From positions 5,760,001 to 5,824,000 of the forward strand of contig OY970303.1 in NCBI GenBank assembly GCA_963716255.1: a stretch of DNA of 64,000 nt. The letters run 5' to 3'. Both the position numbers and the translations under genes were made by a program. Positions within the stretch are counted from its first letter, which is position 1, and each line of letters starts with the position of its first letter. Positions 33,401-42,400 of the stretch are shown piece after piece. The notes under the pieces were generated by a model. The model ran no database searches. It saw only the letters and a program-made list of their open reading frames with translations, and was not told the origin of the DNA. This DNA comes from an uncultured Gemmatimonadales bacterium. GTDB lineage: Bacteria > Gemmatimonadota > Gemmatimonadetes > Longimicrobiales > Longimicrobiaceae.

Positions 33401-35117
33401 CGGGCGGCTGGAGGCGCTGGGCCACGCGGTGACGGTGGTGGAGGCGGGCGACGGCTGGGCGCGCCGGGACGACGGGGGGTACACGGTGCGCCCCGGCTCT
33501 GCGGAGGACCTGGCGGCGCTGCGCGACGCGCTCCTCGCGGCGGGCGCGAACCCCCGCGCCGTGATCCACCTGTGGGGGGTGGACCCGGAGGGCACCAGCG
33601 ACCCGGACGCGTTCGGGCGGGCGCAGGCGCGCGGCTACGCCACGCTGGCCGCGCTGGCGCGGACCTTCGCCCGCGACCGCGCGGAGGGGCCGCTGCGGGT
33701 GACCGTGGTGACGGAGGGGGTGCAGGACGTGGCCGGCGGCGAGCCGACCGTCCCCGCGCGGGCCACGGTGCTGGGCGCCTGCGTGGCGCTGCCGCAGGAG
33801 CACGGGCACGTGAGCTGCCGCGCCGTGGACGTGCTCCTGCAGGCGGGCGGCGCCGAGCGGCTGGTGGACCAGCTCCTGGCGGAGGTGACGTCGGACGCGG
33901 CGGACGCGGTGGTGGCGTACCGCGGCCCGCGCCGCTGGGCGCGCGGCTACGAGGCGGTGCGCCCCGCCGCGGGCGGATCGGGGATCCGCCGGGGCGGCGC
34001 GTACCTGTTCTCCGGCGCGCTCGCGGGGGGGAGCGAGGTGCTGGCCGAGCACCTGGCCGCGGAGTTCGGCGCGCGGATCGCCGTGGCGGTGGACCCGGAC
34101 TTCCCGGAGCGCGAGCGCTGGGACGCGCGCCTGGCGGCGGCCCCGGAGGACGCCTCCGCGATGACCATCCGGGGGATCCGCGCGGCGGAGCACGCGGGCG
34201 CCGAGGTGCTGGTGGTGCGCGCCGGGGCGGAGGACGCGGCGGCGCTGGCGGCGGCGACCGCGGAGGCGCGTCGCCACCTGGGGGCCTTGCACGGCGTGGT
34301 GCACGCCTTCGGGCTGGGCGCGGCGGGGGAGCGCGTGGCCCTCGCCGAGGCCCCCGCCGGGGACGCCGCGGCGGACTTCGCCCGGGTGGCGCGCGAGCTG
34401 GCGGCGCTGGAGGAGGCGGTGGAGGGGGTGCCGCTGGACTTCTGCGTGCTCCAGAACTCGCTGCTCTCGGTGTTCGGCGGGGCGGGGCTGGCGGCGGCCA
34501 CGGCGGCCAGCGTTCTGGTGGACGCCTGGGCGCAGCGGCACGCCGCGGAGCGCGGCGGGCGCTGGACGGGGGTGGACTGGGACCGCTGGCACCTGGACGC
34601 GGGCGAGGACGCCATCGCGGGCACGGCATTCGACGAGCGCGCCATCCTGCGCGCGGAGGGCGCCCGCGCCTTCGAGCGCATCGTGGAGCTGGCGCACGAG
34701 CCGCGGGTGGTGGTGTCCACGCACGACCTGGACGCGCGTATCGAGCAGTTCCTGGCCCCGCGCGGCGCCCACGCGCGCCACCCGCAGCCGGACGACGCGA
34801 CGCTGCACTCGCGCCCGGAGCTGGGGAACGCGTATCATGCCCCCACCACGGAGGCGGAGGAGATCCTGGTGGGGGTGTGGCAGGAGCTGCTGGGGATCGG
34901 GGAGATCGGCGTGCACGACGACTTCTTCCACCTGGGCGGCCACTCGCTCCTGGCCACGCAGCTCATCTCCCGCGTGCGCGACACCTTCCAGGTGGAGCTG
35001 CCGCTCCGCGCCATCTTCGAGGCGCCCACCATCGCCCGCCTGGCGGAGGTGATCGAGGAGGCGATCATCCTGGAACTGGAGCAGATGAGCGACGAGGAGG
35101 CGATGAGCCTGATCTGA
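30495..35117 (+). CDS. Type I PKS module KS-AT-(inactive KR)-carrier domain
   Basis: KS: VQTGCSTG, EAHGTGT, NIGHLD. AT: GHSLGE, HAFHS. KR-like region lacks GxGxxG and the catalytic Tyr. Carrier [16 protein letters not shown]. Confidence 0.95.
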   Translation: MSDMEETAPAVAVVGMAGRFPGAQDVEQFWSNLREGVHSISFFSDEELEAAGVDPSLIRNPDFVRAGGVLEGIELFDAGFFGFNPREAEVLDPQHRIFMETAWEALENAGIDPETSPRAVGIYAGSSTSHYLMYHVLSRPEIVEAVGAFQVHIGNGKDFLATRASYKLNLRGPALNVQTGCSTGLVSVHVACQALLNGECDVAIAGGVTVNLGQRQGYLYSPGGVLAPDGHCRAFDARAGGALSGSGIGLVVLKRLDDALADGDTIHAIVRGSAINNDGAQKVGFTAPSVDGQAAVIEEALAVGDVDPATIGFVEAHGTGTDLGDPIEVAALTQAFGDTGRTQFCALGSVKTNIGHLDAAAGTAGMIKAVLALEHGEIPPTLHYASPNPKIDFASSPFFVSTELRPWATDGHPRRAGVSSFGIGGTNAHVVLEEAPEPEPSEAARPWHLLVLSAKTASALEAATDRLAAHLRAHPEQALADVAHTLQVGRRAFEHRRVLVARDGENAAAALEGRAPQRVLGAAAPEGARPVAFLFAGVGDHYPQMGRGLYETEPVFRAEVDRCAEILRPHLGVDLREVLYPGDAPAEEGEAAPRIDLRAMLSRASAGPDDAAERLNATSMAQAALFVVEYALAKQWMAWGVKPEAMIGHSLGEYVAAAVAGVFSLEDALMLVAERSRLIEELPEGAMLGLPMAEAEVLPLLRDGLAVGTVNGPGMTVVSGPVDAVSALETEMAGRGVACRRLPTRHAFHSPMMAPVAERLAELMRRVKLSAPEIPFVSNVTGTWIRAAEATDPGYWSRHLVGTVRFAEGMEALAGDGRRVMLEVGPGQTLGTFVRQLDRGDDAAEPTAVASLRHGYERHADVAFLLGAAGRLWLAGVPVDWTELHAHERLRRVPLPTYPFERRRFWIEPRAGGLPEAARGGDPLAKKPDPADWLYLPAWKRAPLAGTASAEAGEWLVLADDEGIGARLAGRLEALGHAVTVVEAGDGWARRDDGGYTVRPGSAEDLAALRDALLAAGANPRAVIHLWGVDPEGTSDPDAFGRAQARGYATLAALARTFARDRAEGPLRVTVVTEGVQDVAGGEPTVPARATVLGACVALPQEHGHVSCRAVDVLLQAGGAERLVDQLLAEVTSDAADAVVAYRGPRRWARGYEAVRPAAGGSGIRRGGAYLFSGALAGGSEVLAEHLAAEFGARIAVAVDPDFPERERWDARLAAAPEDASAMTIRGIRAAEHAGAEVLVVRAGAEDAAALAAATAEARRHLGALHGVVHAFGLGAAGERVALAEAPAGDAAADFARVARELAALEEAVEGVPLDFCVLQNSLLSVFGGAGLAAATAASVLVDAWAQRHAAERGGRWTGVDWDRWHLDAGEDAIAGTAFDERAILRAEGARAFERIVELAHEPRVVVSTHDLDARIEQFLAPRGAHARHPQPDDATLHSRPELGNAYHAPTTEAEEILVGVWQELLGIGEIGVHDDFFHLGGHSLLATQLISRVRDTFQVELPLRAIFEAPTIARLAEVIEEAIILELEQMSDEEAMSLI

Positions 35118-35125
35118 GGGAAGAC

Positions 35126-35325
35126 CCCTCACCCCCCGCCCCCCTCTCCCACAGGGGAGAGGGGGAGCCAGCGGACGCCAGCGCGAGACTCGCGTGAGGG
35201 ATTTCGGCCCGGAGGGGCGAGACCCGGCGGGGCTGTTTCCGCCGGGGCTCGACTCCGTTGGCGAGCGTTGTTTGCTCGCCTACGGAGCCGAAGCCCGACC
35301 CCGGCGCCAGCCGGGGGCACACCCG
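35126..35325 (+). repeat. Palindromic hairpin plus structured element, copy 4 (core 35191-35325)
   Basis: CCCCCTCTCCC-acag-GGGAGAGGGGG, linker GCGGACGCCAGC, then the full element. Confidence 0.9.
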
Positions 35326-35388
35326 GACCCGTTTTGCCCCGAGCCGTTTGGTCGTATATTTCCAGACCCAACCCGAACCCGCGACCCG

Positions 35389-36315
35389 ATGAACACGACC
35401 GCCGCAACCCTGGACGAGCCGATGGCCGGTACACAAGAGGACACGACGAGCACCCCGCGAAAGCTCGCCACCGTCGGCGTGGTCGGTGCCGGGGTGATGG
35501 GCGTGGGCGTCGCGCAGAACCTGGCCCAGACCGGCCACCGCGCCGTGCTGCTGGACCTGGACGAGGAGATCCTGGCGAAGGCCCGCCGCGAGATCGAGCG
35601 CAATGTGCGCTTCCACGGGATGATGGCCCGCCAGAAGGGCGGCCCGTCGCTCCCGGAGGTGATGGAGCGCATCACCTTCACCACCGACTACGCGCCCTTC
35701 GCGGAGTGCGACTTCGTGGTGGAGAACACCACCGAGAAGGAGCCGGTCAAGAAGGGGATCTACCCGGTGATCGACGAGGTCTGCCCGCCGCACGCGGTGT
35801 TCGCGGCCAACACCTCGTGCATCAGCATCACGCGCATCGGCTCGTGGACCGGGCGGCCGGACCGGGTGCTGGGGATGCACTTCATGAACCCGGTGCCGCT
35901 GAAGCCCGTGGTGGAGACCATCCGCGGCCACTTCACCTCGCAGGACACCATCGACACCGCGCTCCAGCTCCTGAAGCAGATGGGCAAGGAGGGGATCGTG
36001 GTGAACGACTACCCGGGCTTCGTTTCCAACCGGGTGCTGATGATCACCATCAACGAGGCCGCCTGGGAGGTGATGGACGGCGTCGCCAGCGCGGAGGACG
36101 TGGACCGCATCTTCGTCACCTGCTTCGGCCACAAGATGGGGCCGCTCGCCACGGGCGACCTGATCGGGCTGGACACCATCCTGTACTCGCTGGAAGTGCT
36201 GGTGGAAAGCTACAACGACCCCAAGTTCCGCCCCTGCCCGCTGCTGCGGAAGATGGTGGACGCCGGCCTGCACGGCAGGAAGACGGGCAAGGGATTCTTC
36301 GACTATACGGTGTGA
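35389..36315 (+). CDS. 3-hydroxyacyl-ACP/CoA dehydrogenase (FkbK/ZmaG-like)
   Basis: VGVVGAGVMG Rossmann motif, ANTSCISIT, GMHFMNP, PGFVSNRVL, HKMGPL...DLIGLD. Confidence 0.9.
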   Translation: MNTTAATLDEPMAGTQEDTTSTPRKLATVGVVGAGVMGVGVAQNLAQTGHRAVLLDLDEEILAKARREIERNVRFHGMMARQKGGPSLPEVMERITFTTDYAPFAECDFVVENTTEKEPVKKGIYPVIDEVCPPHAVFAANTSCISITRIGSWTGRPDRVLGMHFMNPVPLKPVVETIRGHFTSQDTIDTALQLLKQMGKEGIVVNDYPGFVSNRVLMITINEAAWEVMDGVASAEDVDRIFVTCFGHKMGPLATGDLIGLDTILYSLEVLVESYNDPKFRPCPLLRKMVDAGLHGRKTGKGFFDYTV

Positions 36316-36322
36316 GCAGTTC

Positions 36323-36505
36323 TCCCCCCTCTCCCGCTTGCGGGGGAGGGGGCCGGGGGGAGGGGGCCTGCCGTCGCGTGAGGGATTTCGGCCCGGAGGG
36401 GCGAGACCCCGCGGCCGTTTGCGGGGGCTCGACTCCGTTAAGCACAGTTGTATCGTGCTTTACGGAGCCGAAGCCCGACCCCGGCGTCAGCCGGGGGCAC
36501 GCCCG
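36323..36505 (+). repeat. Palindromic hairpin plus structured element, copy 5 (core 36375-36505)
   Basis: CCCCCTCTCCCGCTTGCGGGGGAGGGGG, then the element with variable stem AAGCAC/GTGCTT. Confidence 0.9.
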
Positions 36506-36563
36506 GAACCGTAGTTCGTTCGTTGAGATCGACACGACAACCAACCAACAGGAATGCCGACCC

Positions 36564-36812
36564 ATGGCTGACAACAAGGCAAAGATCCGCGAGTTCATCG
36601 GCAAGCACATCCGCGGGCACGAGCTGACGGACGACGAGGACATCTTCGCGAGCGGCTTCGTGAACTCCATGTTCGCCATGCAGCTGGTGCAGTTCGTGGA
36701 GACCGCGTTCGGCGTGGCGGTGGAGAACGAGGACCTGGAGATCGACAACTTCCGGTCGGTGGACGCCATCGCGGCGCTGGTCGAGCGGAAGACCGCCGCC
36801 CCCGCGGCGTGA
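36564..36812 (+). CDS. Stand-alone ACP (FkbJ/ZmaD-like), 82 aa
   Basis: DIFASGFVNSMFAMQLVQFVE...FGVAVENEDLEIDNFRSVDAI; the GxVNS motif is typical of glyceryl/hydroxymalonyl ACPs. Confidence 0.9.
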   Translation: MADNKAKIREFIGKHIRGHELTDDEDIFASGFVNSMFAMQLVQFVETAFGVAVENEDLEIDNFRSVDAIAALVERKTAAPAA

Positions 36813-37990
36813 GCGCACCCGCCGGCACCCCCGGCGTCGCGGCGCCGGCCGGTCCCGACGCGGCGGACGGCGGCTGGACCCGCGCGTCGGTCCGCGCCTG
36901 GGTGGACCGCGAGGTCGCGCCCTTCGCCGGCGAGTGGGACCGCGCGGCGGCCACCCCGCCGGAGACCATCCGCAAGGTGGCGGAGGCGGGCTTCCTGGGC
37001 GCGCTGGTGCCGCGCGAGCAGGGTGGGGCGGGGGCCGACTGGGTAACCTTCGCCATGCTCAACGAGGAGCTGGGGCGCGGGTGCTCGTCCATCCGCTCGC
37101 TGCTCACGGTGCACAGCATGGCGACGTACGCCGTGCTGCGCTGGGGAAGCCGCGCCCAGAAGGAGCGCTGGCTGGGGCCGCTGGCGCGCGGCGAGGTCGT
37201 CGGCGCGTTCGGGCTGAGCGAGCCGGGCGTGGGGAGCGACGCGGGCGCCATCGAGACCGGGGCCGTCCCCGACGGCGACGGCTACCGCCTGCACGGGCAT
37301 AAGAAGTGGACGACCTACGGCCAGGTCGCCGACCTGTTCCTGGTCTTCGCCAAGGCGGAGGGAAAGCCCGTCGCCTTCCTGGTGGAGCGCGGCACGCCGG
37401 GGCTGACCGTGGCGCCGCTGCACGGGATCACCGGGACGCGCGCCTCCATGCTGGCGGAGCTGCACTTCGACGGCGCCCTGGTGCCCAGGGAGAACCGCGT
37501 CGCGGGGCCGGGCTTCGGCATCGCGGTGGCGCTGGCGGTGCTGGAGGTGGGGCGCCTGAGCGTGGGCGCGGGGTGCGTGGGGATCGTGCAGGCGTGCCTG
37601 GACGCGTCGCTGGCGTACGCCAGCGGGCGCGCGCAGTTCGGCGCTCCGATCCGCGAGCACCAGCTGGTGCAGCGCATGGTCACGAACATGGCGACCGACC
37701 TGCGCGCCGCGCGCCTCCTCTGCCGGCACGCGGCCGAGCTGCGCGACGCCGGCGACCCCGCGGCCGCCGAGGAGACCTTCGTCGCCAAGTACTTCGCCTC
37801 CACGGCGGCTACACGGGCGGCGCTGGACGCGGTGCAGATCCACGGCGCCAACGGCTGCTCCGAGGCGTACCCGGTGGAGCGCTACCTCCGCGACTCGCGG
37901 GTGATGGAGATCATCGAGGGGAGCACGCAGATCCAGCAGCTCACCATCGCCAACAACGAATACAGGCGGTTCGACGCGTCGGTCGCCTGA
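36809..37990 (+). CDS. Acyl-ACP dehydrogenase (FkbI/ZmaE-like)
   Basis: FGLSEPGVGSDA, GHKKWTTYG, RAQFGAPI, VQIHGANG, ERYLRDSRVMEIIEGSTQIQ. Confidence 0.92.
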   Translation: MSAPAGTPGVAAPAGPDAADGGWTRASVRAWVDREVAPFAGEWDRAAATPPETIRKVAEAGFLGALVPREQGGAGADWVTFAMLNEELGRGCSSIRSLLTVHSMATYAVLRWGSRAQKERWLGPLARGEVVGAFGLSEPGVGSDAGAIETGAVPDGDGYRLHGHKKWTTYGQVADLFLVFAKAEGKPVAFLVERGTPGLTVAPLHGITGTRASMLAELHFDGALVPRENRVAGPGFGIAVALAVLEVGRLSVGAGCVGIVQACLDASLAYASGRAQFGAPIREHQLVQRMVTNMATDLRAARLLCRHAAELRDAGDPAAAEETFVAKYFASTAATRAALDAVQIHGANGCSEAYPVERYLRDSRVMEIIEGSTQIQQLTIANNEYRRFDASVA

Positions 37991-38022
37991 CACGCATACA
38001 CGCACCACTTCCGGAGAGCCCC

Positions 38023-39102
38023 ATGAGCCAGACCGAGACGCCGGCCGCCCCCGTCCCCGCCGCGGACCGGCGCAAGGCCAAGAAGGTCAAGGTGGTCGTC
38101 TGGGACCTGGACAACACGGTGTGGGACGGCGTCCTGCTGGAGGACGCCGGCGTCGCGCTCAAGCCCCAGGTGCCGGAGATCATGCGCCAGCTGGACGAGC
38201 GCGGCATCCTCCAGTCCGTGGCCAGCAAGAACGACCACGACGCGGCCATGGCCAAGCTGCGCGAGCTGGGGCTGGACGAGTACTTCCTGTACCCGCAGAT
38301 CAACTGGAACTCCAAGGCCAGCTCCGTCGAGCAGATCCGCGCCTCCATCAACATCGGCATGGACGCGGTGGCCTTCGTGGACGACCAGCCGTTCGAGCGC
38401 GAGGAGGTGGCCCACACCCACCCGCAGGTGCTGTGCATCGACACGGCGGAGCTGGACGCGCTGCTGGACATGCCGGAGATGAACCCCGAGTTCATCACCG
38501 ACGATTCCAAGATCCGCCGCCGCATGTACATGGCGGACGTGGAGCGGAACCGCGCCGAGGCCGATTTCGTGGGGCCCACGGACGACTTCCTGGCCACGCT
38601 GGGAATGCGCTTCGTGATCGCCCGCTGCGGCGAGGACGACCTGCAGCGCGCCGAGGAACTGACGGTGCGCACCAACCAGCTCAACACCACCGGCTACACC
38701 TACTCGTACGAGGAGCTGAACGCGCTGCGCCGGTCGCCGGACCACCTGCTGCTGGTGGCGTCGCTGGAGGACAAGTACGGCACCTACGGCAAGATCGGGC
38801 TGGCGCTGGTGGAAAAGACCGCCGAGGCGTGGACGCTCAAGCTGCTGCTGATGTCGTGCCGGGTGATGTCGCGCGGCGTGGGCACCATCATGATGAACTA
38901 CATCATGGAGCAGGCGCGCGAGGCCGGGGTGAAGTTCCGGGCCGAGTTCAAGCACAACGGGCGCAACCGGATGATGTACGTCACCTACAAGTTCGGCGGC
39001 TTCCGCGAGGTGGGGGAGACGGACGGGCTCCTGCTCCTGGAGCACGACCTGGAGGGGATCCAGCCGTTCCCGGACTACGTGGACGTGCGGATCGAAGATT
39101 AG
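38023..39102 (+). CDS. fkbH: FkbH-like glyceryl transferase/phosphatase (HAD-IIIC; ZmaN-like)
   Basis: KVVVWDLDNTVW, SVASKND, FVDDQPFER, RTNQLNTTG, LMSCRVMSRG. Confidence 0.93.
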   Translation: MSQTETPAAPVPAADRRKAKKVKVVVWDLDNTVWDGVLLEDAGVALKPQVPEIMRQLDERGILQSVASKNDHDAAMAKLRELGLDEYFLYPQINWNSKASSVEQIRASINIGMDAVAFVDDQPFEREEVAHTHPQVLCIDTAELDALLDMPEMNPEFITDDSKIRRRMYMADVERNRAEADFVGPTDDFLATLGMRFVIARCGEDDLQRAEELTVRTNQLNTTGYTYSYEELNALRRSPDHLLLVASLEDKYGTYGKIGLALVEKTAEAWTLKLLLMSCRVMSRGVGTIMMNYIMEQAREAGVKFRAEFKHNGRNRMMYVTYKFGGFREVGETDGLLLLEHDLEGIQPFPDYVDVRIED

Positions 39103-39471
39103 CTGCTTCGGCGGGGCCGCTCCGGAGCCGGACGATACAGCCGTCCGTCTCCTGCGCGGGCTCCGGGAACCCCGCCAAACTGCCGGCGGGTTTCCCTCCG
39201 CCGGAGTGAGCCAGCCGAAACCGCCCGGCTGTCTCCCTCCGCAACGGATTTGAGGGGTACTGCGGAACGGCGAAGACACGAACGGCCCTCCCTCGTCTGC
39301 AGCGAAGGCCGCTGTCGACGGCCGCTCGTGCCTTGATCGGCCGGAAGCCCTCCCCCAGAATTGGGGGAGGGTGGCGGCTCTAAGGCCGCCGGGTGGGGGC
39401 CGTCCGGTCGACGCCTGGACAGCCCTTTACGGCCAGGAATCATCGGCTTTCACGCGGGAACGATACGCAGC

Positions 39472-42400
39472 ATGCAGAAGTCCGACGGCAGGTCCGGGGG
39501 TGCGGCGCTGTCCGACGCCAAGCGCGCGCTGCTGGAGAAGCGCCTGCGGGGCCAGGCGGCGGGGGCGGCGCGGCAGCGCGACGTCATCACCCCGCGCGAG
39601 ACCGCCGGGCCGCCGCCGCTCTCGTTCGCGCAGGAGCGGCTCTGGGTGCTGGACCAGCTGGACCCGGGGAGCCCCGTCTACAACATCGCCGCGGTGTCGT
39701 ACCTGGACGGGCCGCTGGACCTGGAGCTGCTGGAGCGCACCCTGCGCGAGATCCTGCGGCGGCACGAAGCGCTGCGCACCGTGTTCCCGCGGGTGGGCGG
39801 CGAGCCGGTGCAGGCGCTCCTCGATCCCGCGGACTTCGCGCTGGAGCTGGAGGAGATCCCGCGGATGCCGGAGGCGGAGCGCGACGCGTACGTCCGCCGC
39901 CGCACCCGCGAGGAGGGGTCGCGCCGCTTCGACCTGGCGGCGGGGCCGCTCTTCCGCGTCCGCATCTACCGGCTGTCGCCCACGCGGCACGTCTTCCACA
40001 CCATCAAGCACCACATCGTCACCGACGGGTGGAGCATGGGCGCGCTTTCCCGCGAGCTGGAGGTCATCTACAAGGCCTTCGCCACGGGCGAGCCGTCGCC
40101 GCTGCCGGAGCTGCAGATCCAGTACCGGGACTACGCCGCGTGGCAGCGCGAGTACCTGACGGGCGAGACGCTGAAGCGCCAGGTGGACTACTGGCGCGGG
40201 CACCTGGCCGGCGTCCCCAACCTGGAGATGCCCACCGACCGGCCGCGCCCGCCGGTGGAGAGCCACCGCGGCGCCTTCCACCGCTTCGTCATCCCCGCGG
40301 AGGTCACGGCCGGGCTGCACGCCCTCAGCCGGCGCGAGGGCGTCACCCTCAACATGACCATCACCGCCGCCTGGGCGGTGCTCCTGGCCCGGTACGCGGG
40401 GCAGGACGACTTCGCCATGGGGACGCTGATCGGCAACCGCAACCGCGCGGAGACCGAGGGGCTGATCGGCTTCTTCGTCAACACCGCTGCGCTGCGCATG
40501 GACCTGTCCGGCGACCCCGGTTTCCGCGAGTTCCTGCGGCGGACGCGGGGGGCGCTGCTGGACGCGGACGCGCACCAGGACCTCCCCTTCGAGCGGGTGG
40601 TGGAGGAGCTGCGGCCGCCGCGCGACCTGAGCCGGCACCCCGTCTTCCAGGCGATGTTCTTCCTGCACGCCTTCGTCGTGCAGCACGCGCCCATGCCCAA
40701 CCCGGACCTGGGCGGCGTCACCTTCGCCGCCTTCGACCCGGAGAGCGGGATCGCCCTGCAGGACACCGGCGCGGCCAAGTTCGACCTGGGGCTGGGGATG
40801 GTGGAGCTGGGCGGGGTCCTTTCCGCCATCCTGGAGTACGCCACCGACCTGTTCGACGCGGCCACCGCGGAGCGCATCTGCGACCACCTGAACACGCTCC
40901 TCGCGGCCGTCGTCGCCGACCCGGACGCGTGCGTGTGGGACCTGCCGATGGCTCCGGACGCGGAGCTGCGCGTCCTGGAGGCCCGCGGCGCCGCCCGCGC
41001 CGACTTCCCGCCGGAGTGGACGGTGCCCGAGCGCTTCCGGGCGCAGGCCGCGCGCACCCCGCAGGCCCCCGCCGTCCGCGCGGGGAGCGAATCCCTCGCC
41101 TACGCGGAGCTGGACGCGCGGGCCGGCCGCCTCGCCGGCCGCCTGCGCGCGCTGGGGGTGCGGCCGGGCGACCGCGTGGGCGTGGCGCTGGAGCGCTCGC
41201 CGGATGGCGTCGCCGCCATGCTGGCCACGTGGAAGGCCGGCGGCGTCTACGTCCCCCTGGACCCCGGCTACCCGCGCGACCGCCTCGCCTTCATGCTCGC
41301 CGACGCCGCTCCCGGCGTGCTGGTGACATCGTCGGGGCTCGCGGCCGCGCTCCCGGAGTTCGGCGGCGAGGTCGTCCTGGTCGACGAGGAGGCCCCCTCA
41401 CCCCCCGGCCCCCTCTCCCCCGCAAGCGGGAGAAAGGGGGAGAACGACGACGTATCTTCAGCCCCTCTCCCGCTTGCGGGGGAGGGGTTGGGGAGGGGGC
41501 CGTCTTCCCTCGCCTACCTGATCTACACCTCGGGCTCCACCGGCACCCCCAAGGCCGTCGCCGTGTCGCACGGGGCGCTGGCGGCGACGCTGGCGGCCAG
41601 CGGCGAGGCGTTCGGCTTCGGCGCGGAGGACGTGGTGACGGCGCTGGCGTCGTCCGCGTTCGACATCTCGCTCTGGGAGACCCTGTCGCCGCTGCTGGCG
41701 GGAGGAACGGCGCTGCTGGTGCCGCGGGAGATCGTGGCCGACGCGGCCGCGGTGCTGGAGGCGGCGCGGGACGCGACGGTGCTGCACGCCGTGCCCGCGC
41801 TGATGCGCGAGGTGGTGCGCGCCGCGCGCGAGCGGGGGGCGCCGTCGCGGCTGCGGGCGCTGTTCGTGGGCGGCGACGCGGTGCCGCCGGAGCTTCTGGC
41901 GGAGATGCGCGAGGCGTTCCCCGCCGCCGCGACGCACGTGCTGTACGGGCCCACCGAGGCGGCGATCATCTGCGCGTCGTTCCGGGTGCCGCGGGAGGGC
42001 GAGGTGGCGGGCAATCCCATCGGGACGCCGCTGGGGAACGCGGCGCTGTCGGTGCGCGACCCGCGCGGCGCGCCCTCGCCGCCGGGGGTCCCGGGCGAGC
42101 TGTGGATCGGCGGGGCGAGCGTGGCGGAGGGGTACCTGGGGCGGCCGGAGCTGACGGCCGAGGCGTTCGTGGCGGAGGACGGCGCGCGGTGGTACCGCAC
42201 CGGCGACCGCGCCCGCTGGCGCGCCGACGGGACGCTGGAGTGGCTCGGGCGCACCGACCGGCAGGTCAAGGTGCGCGGCTTCCGCATCGAGCCCGGCGAG
42301 ATCGAGGCCGCGCTCACCCGCCTCCCGGAGGTCCGCGACGCCGCGGTGGCCGTGCGCGAGGACGAACCGGGGGAGCGGCGGCTGGTGGCGTACGTGGTCC

